Source of the DNA: Nemertoderma westbladi
Taxonomy: Eukaryota > Animalia > Xenacoelomorpha
Direction: 5' to 3'
Assembly: GCA_032718475.1 (NCBI GenBank)
Contig: JAUCBJ010000964.1
Location: forward strand, 1 to 34,290
Length of the DNA: 34,290 bases
This document shows, piece by piece, positions 1 to 13,149 of this stretch; within the stretch, counting starts at the first letter, position 1, and each line of letters starts with the position of its first letter. The position numbers and the translations under genes were made by a program. The notes under the pieces were generated by a model. That model had not been told where the DNA came from. It saw nothing but the letters and a program-made list of their open reading frames with translations, and did not search any database.

Positions 1-2169
1 TAGAGTACCTTTAGGTTTTAGAAACTGTGATTTTTATATTTTATAGACTGAAAATCCCATTTTCTGGGAGCGGTGTAAAAGCCTTTGCTGAATTGCCCCG
101 TTATTTTTATTATCTTTTACATTAAAATACTCTGTAGTTGATTTAATAGGTGTAAGAGACCGTATTATTGCTGTATCGATGTTTTTTAGAGGATCTAAGA
201 GCTATTTCCTCCGTATGTGTACTGTGAAAGGCATAGTTGATGATTCTATGGCAATTCCGTGACGCAAAAGGTGATAGCTACTCTTGAACAGTAGTTACTA
301 TGACGACGGTTAACAGCTGATATTCATACGTGTCGATTTTCTTTGTTCTACGGCATCTCTCAGTTCAGTCAGCCAATCAGAGCATTTTTATGGCTCTTGT
401 ACAGAAATTTCCTAGAAATCACTCAATGCTTTATGGGCAGTGTTTACATTCTGTCCTGAGCCAGGAGAGAGCGGCTTGGGAATATTTTGTGCTTTTCTGT
501 TTTAGCCTAACACTAGTAGGCTTAATTATAAGGACATATATCCGTTATCAAATCTAAACAAACTGACTGATTGTCTCAAACCAAACTGTTATAATGCTAT
601 TTACTGTCGGTTCTTCATAATATGGTTGATGAATTATTATATTTGGAATAACGATAAATAACCCCGAAAACCCAATATTCTTGATATACCGAAGGTAAGA
701 GAGAAAGGTTACATATAACGATTGTGACTTATGTTAAAGTGGTTTGAAGTGAATCTAATGTTATTTGATAGACCCTACATGATTCGGTCCGTGTTCCTTT
801 TATATGTGACTAAAATCAGTGAAGATCGGCAGATCAGTGTGCAGTATTGTGCAGCATTGTGTATGAGTGAGACTGATAACGAAGCATTTCCTAAAGAATG
901 CGCCATATATGTGAATTGTAACTAAGCCATATCGTTGTGAGTAGTTTAAGTCATAACTCTGTTTATAGATAGAGCGCCACGTCCTAAAGGAACTGTTAAT
1001 ATTCCCCGAAGGTGAATAATATTGTCAGAAATTATATAATACTGTCAGTCGAATAATACATTAGGCTTACATAGCAATACGATTAAGCCATCGAACCCAA
1101 TCTCCCGGGTATATCCAGCGGGTGAATGATCGCGCACCGATTGGTTTCGACTAGTGTAGTGAATCAAATACTTGTCAGAGGCTAAAAGTGATTTATTATC
1201 TATAGAAGACATCCTAATTTGGCGGGTTAAACTGCCAAAGGTCTGAAAGCGCGAACACCATCACTTCATCACTCCTGATCACTTTCCATCAATGACACCC
1301 GCACTCCAAGCAGGAGTAGATTTATCTTTAGGTGCCGTTTCTTCAACCAGTAAAAATTCAATAATTGTTATTGGAATAGACAGCAACGCTCACTTGCGGT
1401 ATCTTCTGTGTTATCGTCCAGAAACCAATGGGTGGCATTGCGACCATCATATTGAAGTGGATCAGCGTCGAAATAGAGGGGAATCTCAACTGCTCTCTGC
1501 TCCTGTTAGTGTATCGGTTGCAGTTAGAGATCAACCCAACCCCACAACTTGTTACCCTCCCCATTGGTCTGTCAGTTCCGAGGCGGAGCTCAGCAGCCAG
1601 CTGAGTTATGAGGTACTCTTCAACTCCCGATGTTGCCTTACTCAATGTTAAAATAATTTAGTGTTCTCGAATATTTATTACGTAACTAGAGAGCCGCTTA
1701 ACTACATAAACCAATATTGGATATTGAGTTCCGTTTTGGAGTTCGTCTTACAAACACTAAAGTTGCAATAACTTTTGAGTGTGTGAATGGATTTTGCTAA
1801 AAAAAACTTTCAAACCTTTTCTACGTCGATTCTATTTCACCACATGTAATAAAATTTAAAAAATTCGACCAAAAATGTTTTACTTTAAAGTAAAATCAAG
1901 GCAATGCTTACTAATTGATTCGAGCGAGTATATTCGAGCGAAAAAGTGACAATTTAAGAATAAAATGCATTTATAACTGGTAAAAAATGATGTTTTGAGA
2001 CTTTGCCATTATAATGAAAAATATAATTATCATTATACTATTATCAATACCATCATAACAAAAATACAATTATCATTATTTTTGCTGCACGGGCTAACTG
2101 CATACCGAAATCTTATATTTTGTCAGAGAATCATTTAATTTCATTGCGTATTTCATTTCAATTTCATGG

Positions 2170-2785
2170 CCTGCAACTCCATTGACTCCCTTTATGGCAT
2201 CTTCACTGCCAAGTGATATCAAAGCTGCAAGCCAGATCCGTTTTGACATCCGCATCTATGTTACATTCAATCGCGTCTGCAGCTACAACCCACATTTGAG
2301 TTATGCGCGATGCCTTCGAATATTGGTAATAGAATATTATACACCATGAATATCCTATCAGATGGTTTTGGAAGGTTCATAATTGCAGACGAAACAGACC
2401 AGTCCAGAAACAGAAAAGTCCATACACATATTGAATGTTAATTTCTTAGTGATGAGCGCAGTGAAGAGGCTTGCCTGGAATGGGGTGTTTGCTGAAAGTA
2501 TCGGAAACCGTATGAAAAATGCCCTGTTATATTCGGGCTCCAAAATGGCCAATGTCGATCCATCCCTACGTCATCAAATCTAAGAATCTTTGCAGACCTC
2601 GCCGAGGATATGGTAAATAGGAGGGCAATACTACCACCGACGTCTCCCAATACTATCATTTTGTCGAACCTTTTCTCTGCGGAAATGTTTGTACATTTGC
2701 TGGGGTTTCACATTTTGTTAAATTCAATGAAGGACCTCCTTTTGCAGGGATGTTCCTCAATTATAATGTTTTCCATAATCTGCAT
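2170..2785 (-). pseudogene. Decayed gene of an unnamed family; apparently related to 29495-30560
   Basis: Joining minus frames gives IIIEEHPCKRRSFIEFNKM*NPSKCTNISAEKRFDKMIVLGDVGGSIALLFTISSARSAKILRFDDV/GSTLAILEPEYNRAFFIRFPILSANTPF, then a frameshifted C-x-GLFC motif. It is preceded by an AT-rich tract ending in CAG (acceptor-like). Several stops and frameshifts. Confidence 0.35.
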
Positions 2786-3439
2786 TAAATAGTTTTAATT
2801 ATTTTGTTTATTTTTATTTTTAATTTTATTTTATTCATTTTTATATTTTATATTAATTAAGTAAATTAATGAATGAATACAAATGAAACTTATACATAGG
2901 CCTACAGTACAGTATTTAATTATTTTTTTAGTGTTTCATTTAATTTTATTAGGTATATTTATTATAAAAAAGTATTGTGTCATTATTGGCATTATTTATT
3001 AATTACTTCAGCAATTATTCTTATATTTTGTAATTTGTACACTTCCTAAAAGATAATAAATTATCTTATTGTTTGATTTATTCAAAATGTCATGTTTACT
3101 TTTAGGTACCTTCTTGCTGCTACAAATCAAGCATTGCAGAAATCTGCAACTGCAGCGCAAGATCTCCTATCATTATAATCATATGCCAGAATTTATCCAA
3201 CCTTTATGTTCTTGATCGCATAAAATATAATACAAACCTTCCCAAGATGTATTTCTTGCTTTGGCCGTACATTGCCATCCTTGGAATGCATAATGAACTT
3301 GCCAAAGGAAGATACATCTTAGGGGTTAATATAATAATATTGTGATCTGTGTTGGAAGAAGAAATTGAGCAATGGGGTTCACGACTCAAATTCAAAACCA
3401 GCTTAATTAGATGCAATAATATCCCAGAAATGGAGAACG

Positions 3440-3733
3440 GAGAGTACTTGGGGCAATGGCAAGGAGTAGCGAATACGGTAAGTAAATGGGACAACGGAAA
3501 CGGAAGGGAGGGGCTAATACGGCGAACAGGGGGTACCCGGATAGCCGGAACAATGACGAGTTGGAGTGAATAGGGTATACAGCGAATGGGAGGTACCCGG
3601 GGGCGGGACAATGGCAAGGAGCAGCGAATATGGCGAACAGGGTGTACTGTACATGTACTCCTGGAGCTGGACCAATGACAAGGAGCGAATACGGTGTTGG
3701 TGTACAGCGAACGGGAGGTACCCGGGGCTGGAA
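3440..3733. repeat. Degenerate purine-rich tandem repeat
   Basis: Recurring motifs caatggcaaggag(t/c)agcgaata(c/t)gg and gcgaa(c/t)gggaggtacccgggg, each present 2-3 times. Confidence 0.55.
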
Positions 3734-4237
3734 TCAATCAATCAAACAATCAATCCCATTTGACCCATGCACATGATATTTATAAATATACTTTTATTAG
3801 AAATTTTCGAAAAACAGCACTTTTCAACAGCTTGTAAACCATAAAATTGTTTAAGTTTGATTGTTTTCCTATTAAAATATAGAAAGTTTTACATTTTCAA
3901 AAATTAATTAAATTCTTTAATCTGGTTAACAGACACTGCTAACCCATGCACAAAGCACAACAATGTCAGCAGTAATTTTCTAAGTGAAAAAATTTCGAAA
4001 CAAAAAGCTTCGGCACACAGTTTAATTAACATCCTTATACTTAATTTCTGACATAGGTTTTTAACTTACTCACTATCCTAAAGAATATCTGCTGTTTAAA
4101 TGACGTTTTGGAGGTAAATTTAAACTGCTTTTGAATATTTATTGATCATTTGTGTACCGGTATTTACTATGCCTAAATAGAGGATTGTTTGTACTGATAC
4201 AGCTATAATATGGCTAATGAGGCCTAATTGACTAATA

Positions 4238-5175
4238 ATGTTATGGTCTACAACATTGAACGAATTCTTTGGTTCTTCTTGTCAGTTGGATCCAACAAAT
4301 GCAACGGTTTTGCCGACAGCTCTCCAGTGCATGAAGCACATACTATTTTTACGTGAACAAAAACAAAATGGTACCTCAAATACTAGACAAGAGATGAGAA
4401 GTTGTGCTGCAGCAATCCTACAAATATGGGCAAAGGCTGGTGGAATACCAACTGTTTCATCGGTCATTCGACTTGGTAGCTGCCTATTCGAGCTATTCAA
4501 TCGCAGTAAGAAACTTCAAAAAATCCCACTATCTCGGAGGGACAATAAGGATACGGTAAAGCAATTTACAAACTATAAGCACGAGTTGTCACTCTTGTTT
4601 GATGTTGCTGCCTGCAAATGTCGAATTCAACGCAATTGTTGTTGTCCCCGAGACAAAAAAATTACTGATCTTGAATGGGACTTTTTGTGTGATCAGCGCA
4701 AAAAACGATTAATGTTTATGTCGTCAATAGACAGAGAAGCAACTCGAAAACTACACTCTAAAATGGTTCGAAGGAAAGCTAATGGAAAAAACTCACCACA
4801 GTGTCAGCCCAAGTATTTCGAACGAGAATATTACCGGTAATGAATGCGATATTGAACCATATTGCATGGAAGAAGATGTGGCGATTGATATCTGAATATT
4901 CCTCCACAGGTGACAATGATAGTGTTTTTATATTGTTGAACTTTCGAGGCATGATATTACATCAGTAGAAATAGAAACACGGAAGAAGAGTACGAGTTCA
5001 TGTTTGTAACCAAGTATTTCCAAAATTGCTGATCGTTATGAGGTTAGTGATCGGGCTACAGCTGCTATTTGTTCTGCCACTATTGCTGATTTGAATGTAA
5101 ACTCGGATGTCATTGACAAAAATAAAATACGAAATGCTAGGATGAAACAAAGCGATCAACTGACATCACTGTCTA
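4238..5175 (+). pseudogene. N-terminal part of a hAT-superfamily (hATm-type) transposase, frameshifted and 3'-truncated
   Basis: ORF 4238-4840 has IWAKAGGIPTV, LFDVAACKC..CCCPRDKKI..EWDFLCDQRKKRLMFMSSID. From about 5010 another segment reads IADRYEVSDRATAAICSATIAD..VIDKNKIR. I recognise both as motifs of this transposase group. No catalytic DDE region follows. Confidence 0.7.
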
Positions 5176-5582
5176 GGCCGGCCAACCAGTAGGCCTACCG
5201 GTGTTACAGTACAGCACGGCCCAGCATCACGAATCCATTTGTAGGTGCTGTGGGTTGTAGGAGAAGGGAAGTGTGTTCTTGACTCCAACAGTCACCTAAG
5301 AATGTTAATTTGATTGAAATGAAAATATGACATAGTTAAATCTAGTTATATCTCTAAAAGTAAACATGATGAGAAGAAATAACCTACATATTCGGATACA
5401 CAATTAAATTCTGCACCAAAATTGAAACAAAAAATGTTCACATATTCATAGATTTAAAATTGTAACACTGGGCACCCTGGTGCAATCATTAATCTCAATT
5501 ATTGTGCCTCAATTATTATTATTATTTATTATATTACGATAGCGTTTACCCCCCCTGAAGTATCAAACTCTTACCCACTCTA

Positions 5583-5608
<26 letters not shown>
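5583..5608. repeat. Poly-C tract (26 nt)
   Basis: Directly visible. Similar poly-C or poly-G tracts lie near 14121, 29115 and 32130. Confidence 0.9.
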
Positions 5609-5613
<5 letters not shown>

Positions 5614-6549
5614 GCAACTTGCCACATCAATTCATTATATATATTATATATAAAAATAATATTCCCCCACAGCCCACACCCACCTCCTACTTTCTCACTC
5701 CCTCTCTGTGATCTCTTAGACCACTCAACCTACCACCTATCATATCAGCCCTAGCAATCTTGATATTAGAGTTAGACACTACATTCCCTCTGCCTCCAAC
5801 TTGCTGCACAAACAAACCTCCATAAAATAAATTATTCAATAACAAAATGAAAGCTGAGGCAAAGACTACTTGGGTTGATGTGTATGTAATATTAGGCCAT
5901 TCTACCCAATCAACATGTTGATCCACTAGGTGTGGTTCTGATTATAGTTATATTGGTTGTTGTAGGCTCTTCCAAATACAATATGCCACCCTGCCTACAT
6001 TCCACTTAAATGATGGATGAAACATTCAAAACCCAATCTGCCATTGGCTACTATTCAATTTGTTTCTCTGGGTTGCAGTACTTCAGTGATGTTACACAGG
6101 CAATATTCAGATATTAGCCTGAAACTGTAATCAGCTTAGATCTGCAGATACTGAGATAGTTTTATATACAAGAGGACTCCCCATCCCTTAGGCCATAACC
6201 AGGCCACTTTATTTATATATTTTATTGTGCTATGTAATATTTTGAAATTGTTTTATGCATGAATATGGTGCTGTGTGTCTAAGAAGTTCAAACATTATCA
6301 CTGTTACAAGGGCTGAAGGGAGCTTTTAATTTATATAGTGTAGGGTGTAGGTATACTGTTAATATATTAGTAGGCCTATAGTAGGAGTAGCTGACATACC
6401 GTCTGTCTATTGTTTGCAATTTTTATTGCTATTCCCATGGGATATCCAGCTTGCTTTATTTATATTATACATATATATTTTTTTAATCAGTTAGTGAGTA
6501 ATAATCTCTTATCGTTATGTTTTATTTTAGATACAAGCTGTTAGTTAAC

Positions 6550-6594
6550 AGACGTTTCGGCCTTAGACGTTTTGGACAAAGACGTTTCGGCCCA
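6550..6594. repeat. 15-bp repeat x3 (agacgtttcggcc..), probably a subterminal repeat of a DNA-transposon remnant
   Basis: agacgtttcggcctt / agacgttttggacaa / agacgtttcggccca. Confidence 0.6.
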
Positions 6595-8918
6595 ATGAGT
6601 GAAATATAATATTTGCTTGTCTGGTGTTTTGGCCCAAATATTCTATTACCGGTACTCCTTAAATAAGTCAAATATGGTTTAGTTATAGGCACATTACACA
6701 CCCAGTCATTATTTTCAATAGGACTACTGTTCACTAACCCCCTGTTGCAGAAGTTGATTGTAAGATTATAAAACCTGAAGCAAATAAATTAGCCTCATTA
6801 CTAATACGAGTTTTATTCGCAGAAGCTAGGTAACAATTTAAGATTTGCACATACTAAATTATTGCGTAATATTGTTCGTCTTACGCTTAATTTGTGCCAT
6901 GCACCTTTCGCGTTCAAGAGGTCCAGGCCATCCAGGTTTATGGGACGATGTGGGGTGAAGCAAGATGGATAGCAATACAGCAAAGTAGGTCCTGTCCTAC
7001 ATTAGCACATTTCATTTGTTTTAGTGCAGTGAAGTGCCTGATTTAGCAAATTTGGTTATTTAAGTGAAAACATGTAAACATTTAAGTAACATGCACCGGA
7101 GTTAACAGAGTACAACAGAGTTAATGACATTCATTATGTGGCTCTTGAGACTCATACAGAGAAGTAACATTGTCCCTATTAACTGAATATGATGTGGGAG
7201 TTATTATACTGATTGTTTTAACAATTTAAGTATTAAATCAATTCTTGGCTTGGATACCTGAGGCATATTGGGACAATTCATGCACTTACTAACCCAAGTT
7301 TATGTATTGTCTAGCAATGGTCCAGATATAAATACTGTTCATGGGAATTTGGTAAAAATCAAAGCACAAAGGTAATGATGGCAAGTTAAACATGATATAA
7401 ACAAGGGCAAGTAAAACATAAATTGATTAGGTACTGTATATATAAAAAAAGTATATAAAATGCTATGAAAAGTTAAAAGTAAACACGTAAAAGCTGATTA
7501 CATATATGAGAAAATAATATCAACTATCTTTTCTAGAGCTAAGACTGTTGGCAAAAAAAAAATACTTCCCCACCATCAGCATTCCTTCTATTACCCCCTC
7601 CCCCCCAAACCACCTTATGGTTGCTTGCTGTAACTATACTGCAGCTGCAATGCAGCATGACGATTGTAGTAGTAGCTTGTAACTCAACCTAGATAATTGC
7701 TCAATTTCATTCAGTAGAACGGCTCAGTAGAGTAATCTAAAATAAATTCCTTCTGGGTTGACTGATCATGTAATTAATGTTTGCCCAGCAATGTATTGTA
7801 TAGTAATTGGATAGCCCAAAAAGTGCCGGCTAGTATTGCAGGTTGAAATTTGGCTAATGACCAACTATTTTGACTCTACATAAGACAAATTTTTGGGTAA
7901 TTTAAGACGATTTTTCGCTGGCATTTAGCTGGTATGAATTTATTTACTGAGGTCCAAATTTTATATCTTATATACCATAAATAAAACAAAGGAAGATTGA
8001 GCGATGGAGAATAAATAGTCTCTAACATTAATCTCTCCAAGATAAGAAAGTCTCCAACTTAGAATTTCCCAAAATCAATTATGTTGTTATTTGTGTACTG
8101 CACCCTCACCAACAACGCTCATCCACATTCCTGCAGTTTTGTAATGCAAATGCACTGACTGACAGGTCACAGAGCCAAAAGCAACATGTTGGTGACATAC
8201 CATAAATTAAAAATTAAATTCCTCAAGAAAAATGCTGAAAACCAACTTTTCCTTCCCAAGATAAGTGGAAGTGGGAAGAGATATGGAAGTTGCAGCTATG
8301 CTTTGCGTGTGGCAGGGAGGAGGGGATAAAAAGTAATGACCATGGAGTTATGCAGGTTATTATCTATGATCATGTCAATCGCAGGTGCTGCCGTTAATTT
8401 TCTTTTTATTTAAGGATCTGGTTCTAGTACCGGACTAAATAAATACACTATATTCCAGGTATGGTGCATGCTCTAATGGTGTTAGTGCTAAGTCATAGCT
8501 AAGTCATAATCTGAACAATTATTTAGATTAGATTATTATACAAAGATTATTTTATACAAAGATCATATTATAATATGTACAGTACATATACTAATTATGC
8601 TCTCCAAAAAGCCAATCCGTTTACGTATGATTAAGTAAGAGTATGTAGAGGATTATGCGATTATATATAATTATATGTAGGTATATATGGAACAACACAA
8701 TAATACAAGGAAATTTCCTACTGGCAACGGTACCTCCCGTAACCCGGGATCACTGATGGGCGTGACTTACAGATACCTAGGTCCATCTCCCCCCTCTATG
8801 TATGGGATCTTTCGATTTACGGAGATGGACCCTTCTAGCTATCATGCGAATCTGGTTTATAACTAAATATAGATGTGTATACTGATGAGTTGCATAGGTA
8901 GAATGGCAGGTATAGAAA

Positions 8919-10099
8919 TTACTTTTGAAAGTAATCTCGAGCGAACGCCATTACTCTCTGGGCCATATCTGCACCCTCTTATGAGGCTTCAGGTAGCTGA
9001 TCGCCCGCATTCCTTAACATATCCTTGGTAGCTGTTAGCCAGGCCCGTGCTGCAGGGGATAATCTATCGTTCTTCCACCCTCTATATCTCTCCTGCAACT
9101 CGCTAGAGGACAGGGCTCGACAGATTGTCAGGATTTGTGGATACATGATGGACCGAACCTCATGAGCATGTTCGGTCATATAACCTATGAAGGGGCCATG
9201 TTCGATTAATGCCTTGCATTCGTTCTAAATCCCGGTGAACTCTCCAGGAAGGATAGTGGCCAATTGCCCCCACCTTAGGACTCCCAGCTCGCTCAACGCA
9301 TCGCAGATAATGCCAAAGGATGCAAGGCCTTTGTATTGCATTTGTTCCACCACATTCTTTATAGCTGGGCCCTCAGGTTTGGTCATAAGGGTTAGGCAGT
9401 TTATGATTTGAGACAGGTGAGCAGCTATATGATCTCCACAGATGGTGGCAAATTCAGCCACATCCCCCGGCGAGATAGTGATTCGTAATCCTGATGCCTG
9501 GCATGCCTCTATAAACTTTGTGCATCTCGCCTCGGCAATAGATCCGCGAGACGCAATGCACAAGCATGCAGCTAACCCCACTTTCCGGGACATCCGTAAG
9601 ACTATGGCAGGATCCGCCAGTCGGGCTGCTCGTAAAGGTTGGGTGTTGTGAGTGGCGGCGTCCATGACACCAAACGGATCTATTGCCCCAGTAGCCTGGT
9701 CAATGTCCTCCAGGGTCAGGGCTCCTTGGGCAGTCTGAATTATGGCTCCGTTAATCAGCTCCAATCAGCGACTGCGAAAGGTGCCCGTTGCGTATCCTCG
9801 CTATACAGGTTGCCCCATGATACCTTTTCAGCTGACGTTGGGCCAGCTGGGCATTTGAACTCTATCTCATTCCATATTGCTGGGACATGTTCGAGATTTG
9901 ATGTTTTGGCCGATATTGGCCTTTTCCTTGACATCTTCGACATTAATTCTAAGCCTGGCTGAGTGGATGTCTTAACAGAGCCAACGGAGTTTATTAACCG
10001 GACTTCATCTAGTTTCACATCATAAAGGGAGGGGTCCTCTCTGAATGCACCTAGTATTTGTTGAAGTCCTTTTAGTCGGGACGAGTTTATAGTGGTCAT
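8919..10099 (-). pseudogene. Endogenous viral element: nucleoprotein resembling Jingchuvirales (chuvirus-like negative-strand RNA virus) N, about 390 codons
   Basis: ORFs 9755-10099, 9225-9764 and 8979-9179 join through one frameshift (about 9762) and an in-frame TAG (9225-9227). A further in-frame TAA (8979-8981) reads on to a stop at 8919. The C-terminal half (CIASRGSI..KFIE; VVEQMQYKGLASFGIICDAL..LRWGQLATILPGEF..GPFIGY..VRSIMY..RYRGW) follows the order and spacing of motifs I recall in chuvirus N (KRG; QQA-x-GLT..AL..F-x-W..P-x-E..PYYG..RST-x-Y..Y-x-GW). Intronless and more GC-rich than the flanks. Confidence 0.72.
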
Positions 10100-10921
10100 G
10101 TTTAACCTCTTGCTATTGCTGAGCTGCTAATGCCTAATGCTAATTCGAATGCTAATGTATATATATATATAATTTGTTTGTTATGTTTATATGTTTGACT
10201 CAGCTATTCTGAAGAGGCCGAAATGCATTAATTAACTGGCTGTTTTTTTACAATTATAAATTTTACATTAATATACTGAACATACATTTATTTGTGTTAT
10301 TTATTTAATTATTTCTTCACATAATATAATTTAATGGACAGATTATGATTTGGAACTCAACCAAACTTTTTCAACTTTTTTTATATATATATATATGTAT
10401 AAGCTTTCCCACTATTAGGGCCACCTTTTAAAGGTCCAATGGCCCTTAAATGGCCTTGGGCTTGGAGCAATGGTCCTAATCCTACTACAATGGCCCAAAA
10501 GGTACACGTCCTCTTAGGGCAAATATGGCCTACCTAGAACAAAATGGCCCAATCTAGGCATAATGGCCCAAAATAAACAATTACAAGGAAATTGCCTTTA
10601 GTTCTTATGAATTTAACTTGCACCCCTAGCGGTAAACAATAGTATTTATTATCAATTTAATTCTACAGCCAAAAATGCCTTTGCAGATATTTTAAAAAAT
10701 ATATATATCTACAATAACGTATACAATTTACTTTTGTGTAATTTCTGATTATGAGTTGTACAATAAGTAGTTATTTAGACAATTTTAAGTCTTTCGTTAT
10801 AGATAATTATTATCACTTATGACCGACAGTCAAAAACGCGGATGTGATTTCTCGAGTTAATGGCGCAAAGTGACCGGAAATACAAAATATGTGTTTTTTA
10901 GATGATTTAAAAAATGAATTT

Positions 10922-11776
10922 GTGGCTGGCCACGAGAAAAGGGACCTTATGTCGCAAAACCTGATTCTGAGATAATCGCGTTTAAAGTTTCCCTCTATTT
11001 TTGAACAAATTTAATTGGATTATCAATTTAGAAATGTATAAAACGATGAGGGAAATTCAAATTAGTTCTGATATTCAATATACCTAGGAACTAACTAATT
11101 ACAGGAAGCAATATAAGATGTTGCAGTATTGTATATCCCACTGTTTTAGGCTTTTCATGTCTGAATTTAGGACTGAAATAAATTCTACTACTGTACAGTA
11201 ATATGTAGGTACTGTAGGCCTACAGTTATTTTTTAAATGCAATATGGCTGTCATTTTCTTAATTTATCTTCGTTAGTTCTTAAATTTTGTAATCCCATTA
11301 AAGAATTCAAAATACAAATAATTTTAAATTTTGCTAAAAAAATTTATCTTTTTGAAAAAATTTTAAATTAAAAAAAAATTTTTTGGTTAAAAAACAATGT
11401 TAAAAAAAACATGTTTTTTTGAAAATTTTGCAAATTTTTTTTAAAATAGTTCATGAACAATATTAATAGTTTCAAAGTGTTAAAAGTTGTATAAAAAGCC
11501 GAATAACATTGAGCTGCCTAACTATATAGTAAGAATTGCTATGATATTATTAATATTTTCCATTTTTTTAAATAATAGCTTATTATAACCGCTATTAATA
11601 AAAAACTTTTTGCTACCCGATTCACCTTCACATAAATCGCTATAACTTTTTTTAGAAATAGATATTGAGACACAGTTTTTTTTGTTAAAATCTCTGAAAA
11701 ATTCTGCATCTCATAGGCCTAATAACTCAAAATCGACCTCCGGTGACATAAGGTCCCTTTTCTCGTGGCCAGCCAC
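10922..11776. mobile_element. Non-autonomous DNA transposon (MITE), Sola1-like
   Basis: Perfect 32-bp TIR gtggctggccacgagaaaagggaccttatgtc (10922-10953 and 11745-11776). The 4-bp TSD ATTT (10918-10921, 11777-11780) fits the AWWT target of Sola1. Non-coding AT-rich interior. Confidence 0.82.
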
Positions 11777-12282
11777 ATTTATTTAAATTTCAAACATTAG
11801 TGGCGGTGTTTTCTACCCAAAACAATAAACAATACCTTTTCACTAATGGTCAATTTTCGCCACTATTTGGATGTCTCAGCCGTTTGAAGATCGAAACTTG
11901 TGCAAACAAAATATGTTAAATTGTAAATAACAATACTGTAAATAACAACAGGTTTTAATAAATTCTCACTGACAAGCGATTAAAATTTATGCTTTTTTAA
12001 GAAATAATGTATAACCGTTCGGTACCTCTAGGAAGGATAACTTATCACTATTTCGCGTACTATACACTTCATTATCAACATGTTGTCATTGGTGGGGGAT
12101 TAGTTTATAGACTAGCCTAAATACATCTTACGACCCCTACGAATTCCATCCCCCACCAGTAATTCATATATTGGAGACATAAATGTAGACGTTTTGCCTC
12201 TTACCCTAATGTAACAATTATCTATAGGCCTATTAAATATAATGTAAATTTTATCCCGTATTAATTAAATCTAATAACTATT

Positions 12283-13093
12283 TACATCTTTGTGTGCAAA
12301 GTAGCACTTTGCAGCGTTATGACCCGAGTTTATTTATGTACCGAGCGAGCGCAGCGAGGGAGGTTTACATCAATAAACAAGGGTCTTTAACGCTGAAAAG
12401 TGACCTTTGCAAGCAATGATGTATGTAATTTTGTTACATTATCTCAACTTATCAGCGTTCGGTATATGAAGAAAGGATTTTATGGTTGCTCATTTATACA
12501 TTTCAATCATGTACTATATCGAATATAAGTGAAATTTATTAACAGGTACACTGGTACACAGTATTAATTAATCCTGGCCCACCGCCTTCACCCTCCACTG
12601 ATAATTTAAAATCGTAACTCATTCAATCTTTGACTAAGTTATACCAAAAATTATACATTTAAATCTAATTAAAGTTTATTGGAAGTTATCTCCTGCTTGG
12701 ATGTGATAAATCATTAATCCATCTTGACTATAGTCGACTGAAGCAAACTTATTCACCGTCTGTGTCCGTACAGTTTTACTGAACACTGTCGTCACTTTCT
12801 TTGGTTAATTTAGTGTCTTCTATTGGACGTTTCGCCATAATGGATTACAGTACATGTTAAACAATTATTTACATCCAGTAGCTAGTCCCGTCACTGCAAA
12901 TTGGATAATAAAGCTGCAATCATTAACATAAATGGAAATAATACATTCTGGAATACGGTAATTGAAGTTGTTTCCATGTCATTGATTACTTTGCAACGTT
13001 CCGTCCTATAGGCCGCAACGCTGCAAAGTAGTACTTTGCAGCGTTATGAGTAATTCACCAGAACGCTGTTAAGTTGACATAATGTAACAAAAT
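12283..13093. mobile_element. Non-coding element with a terminal long hairpin and offset inverted repeats; possibly a non-autonomous tyrosine-recombinase (Crypton-like) element
   Basis: Imperfect hairpin 12283-12423 (about 57-bp arms) around ccgagcgagcgcagcgaggg. 33-bp inverted repeat 12428-12460 / 13061-13093 (2 mismatches). Palindrome 13017-13045 repeats part of the left hairpin arm. Confidence 0.55.
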
Positions 13094-13149
13094 ATATTGT
13101 AACAAACATTTTATTTTTTTTATTTTTAGATAATCTAAATAATATTTGT

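Noticed and set aside
3106-3763. Host exon(s) or protein from ORFs 3204-3737 and 3349-3573
   Set aside because: The ORFs arise largely from the degenerate repeat. An acceptor-like site near 3106 leads into frames with stops.
5687-6190. Second viral gene fragment near the N EVE
   Set aside because: The frames I translated are short or stop-ridden and show no L or G protein motif that I recognise.
8875-8945. Hammerhead ribozyme on the plus strand (CTGATGAG..GAAA-TTACTTT..AAAGTAA-TC)
   Set aside because: The core words and a stem III are present, but stem I cannot pair and stem II lacks its closing G-C pair. The stem III region overlaps the end of the viral ORF.
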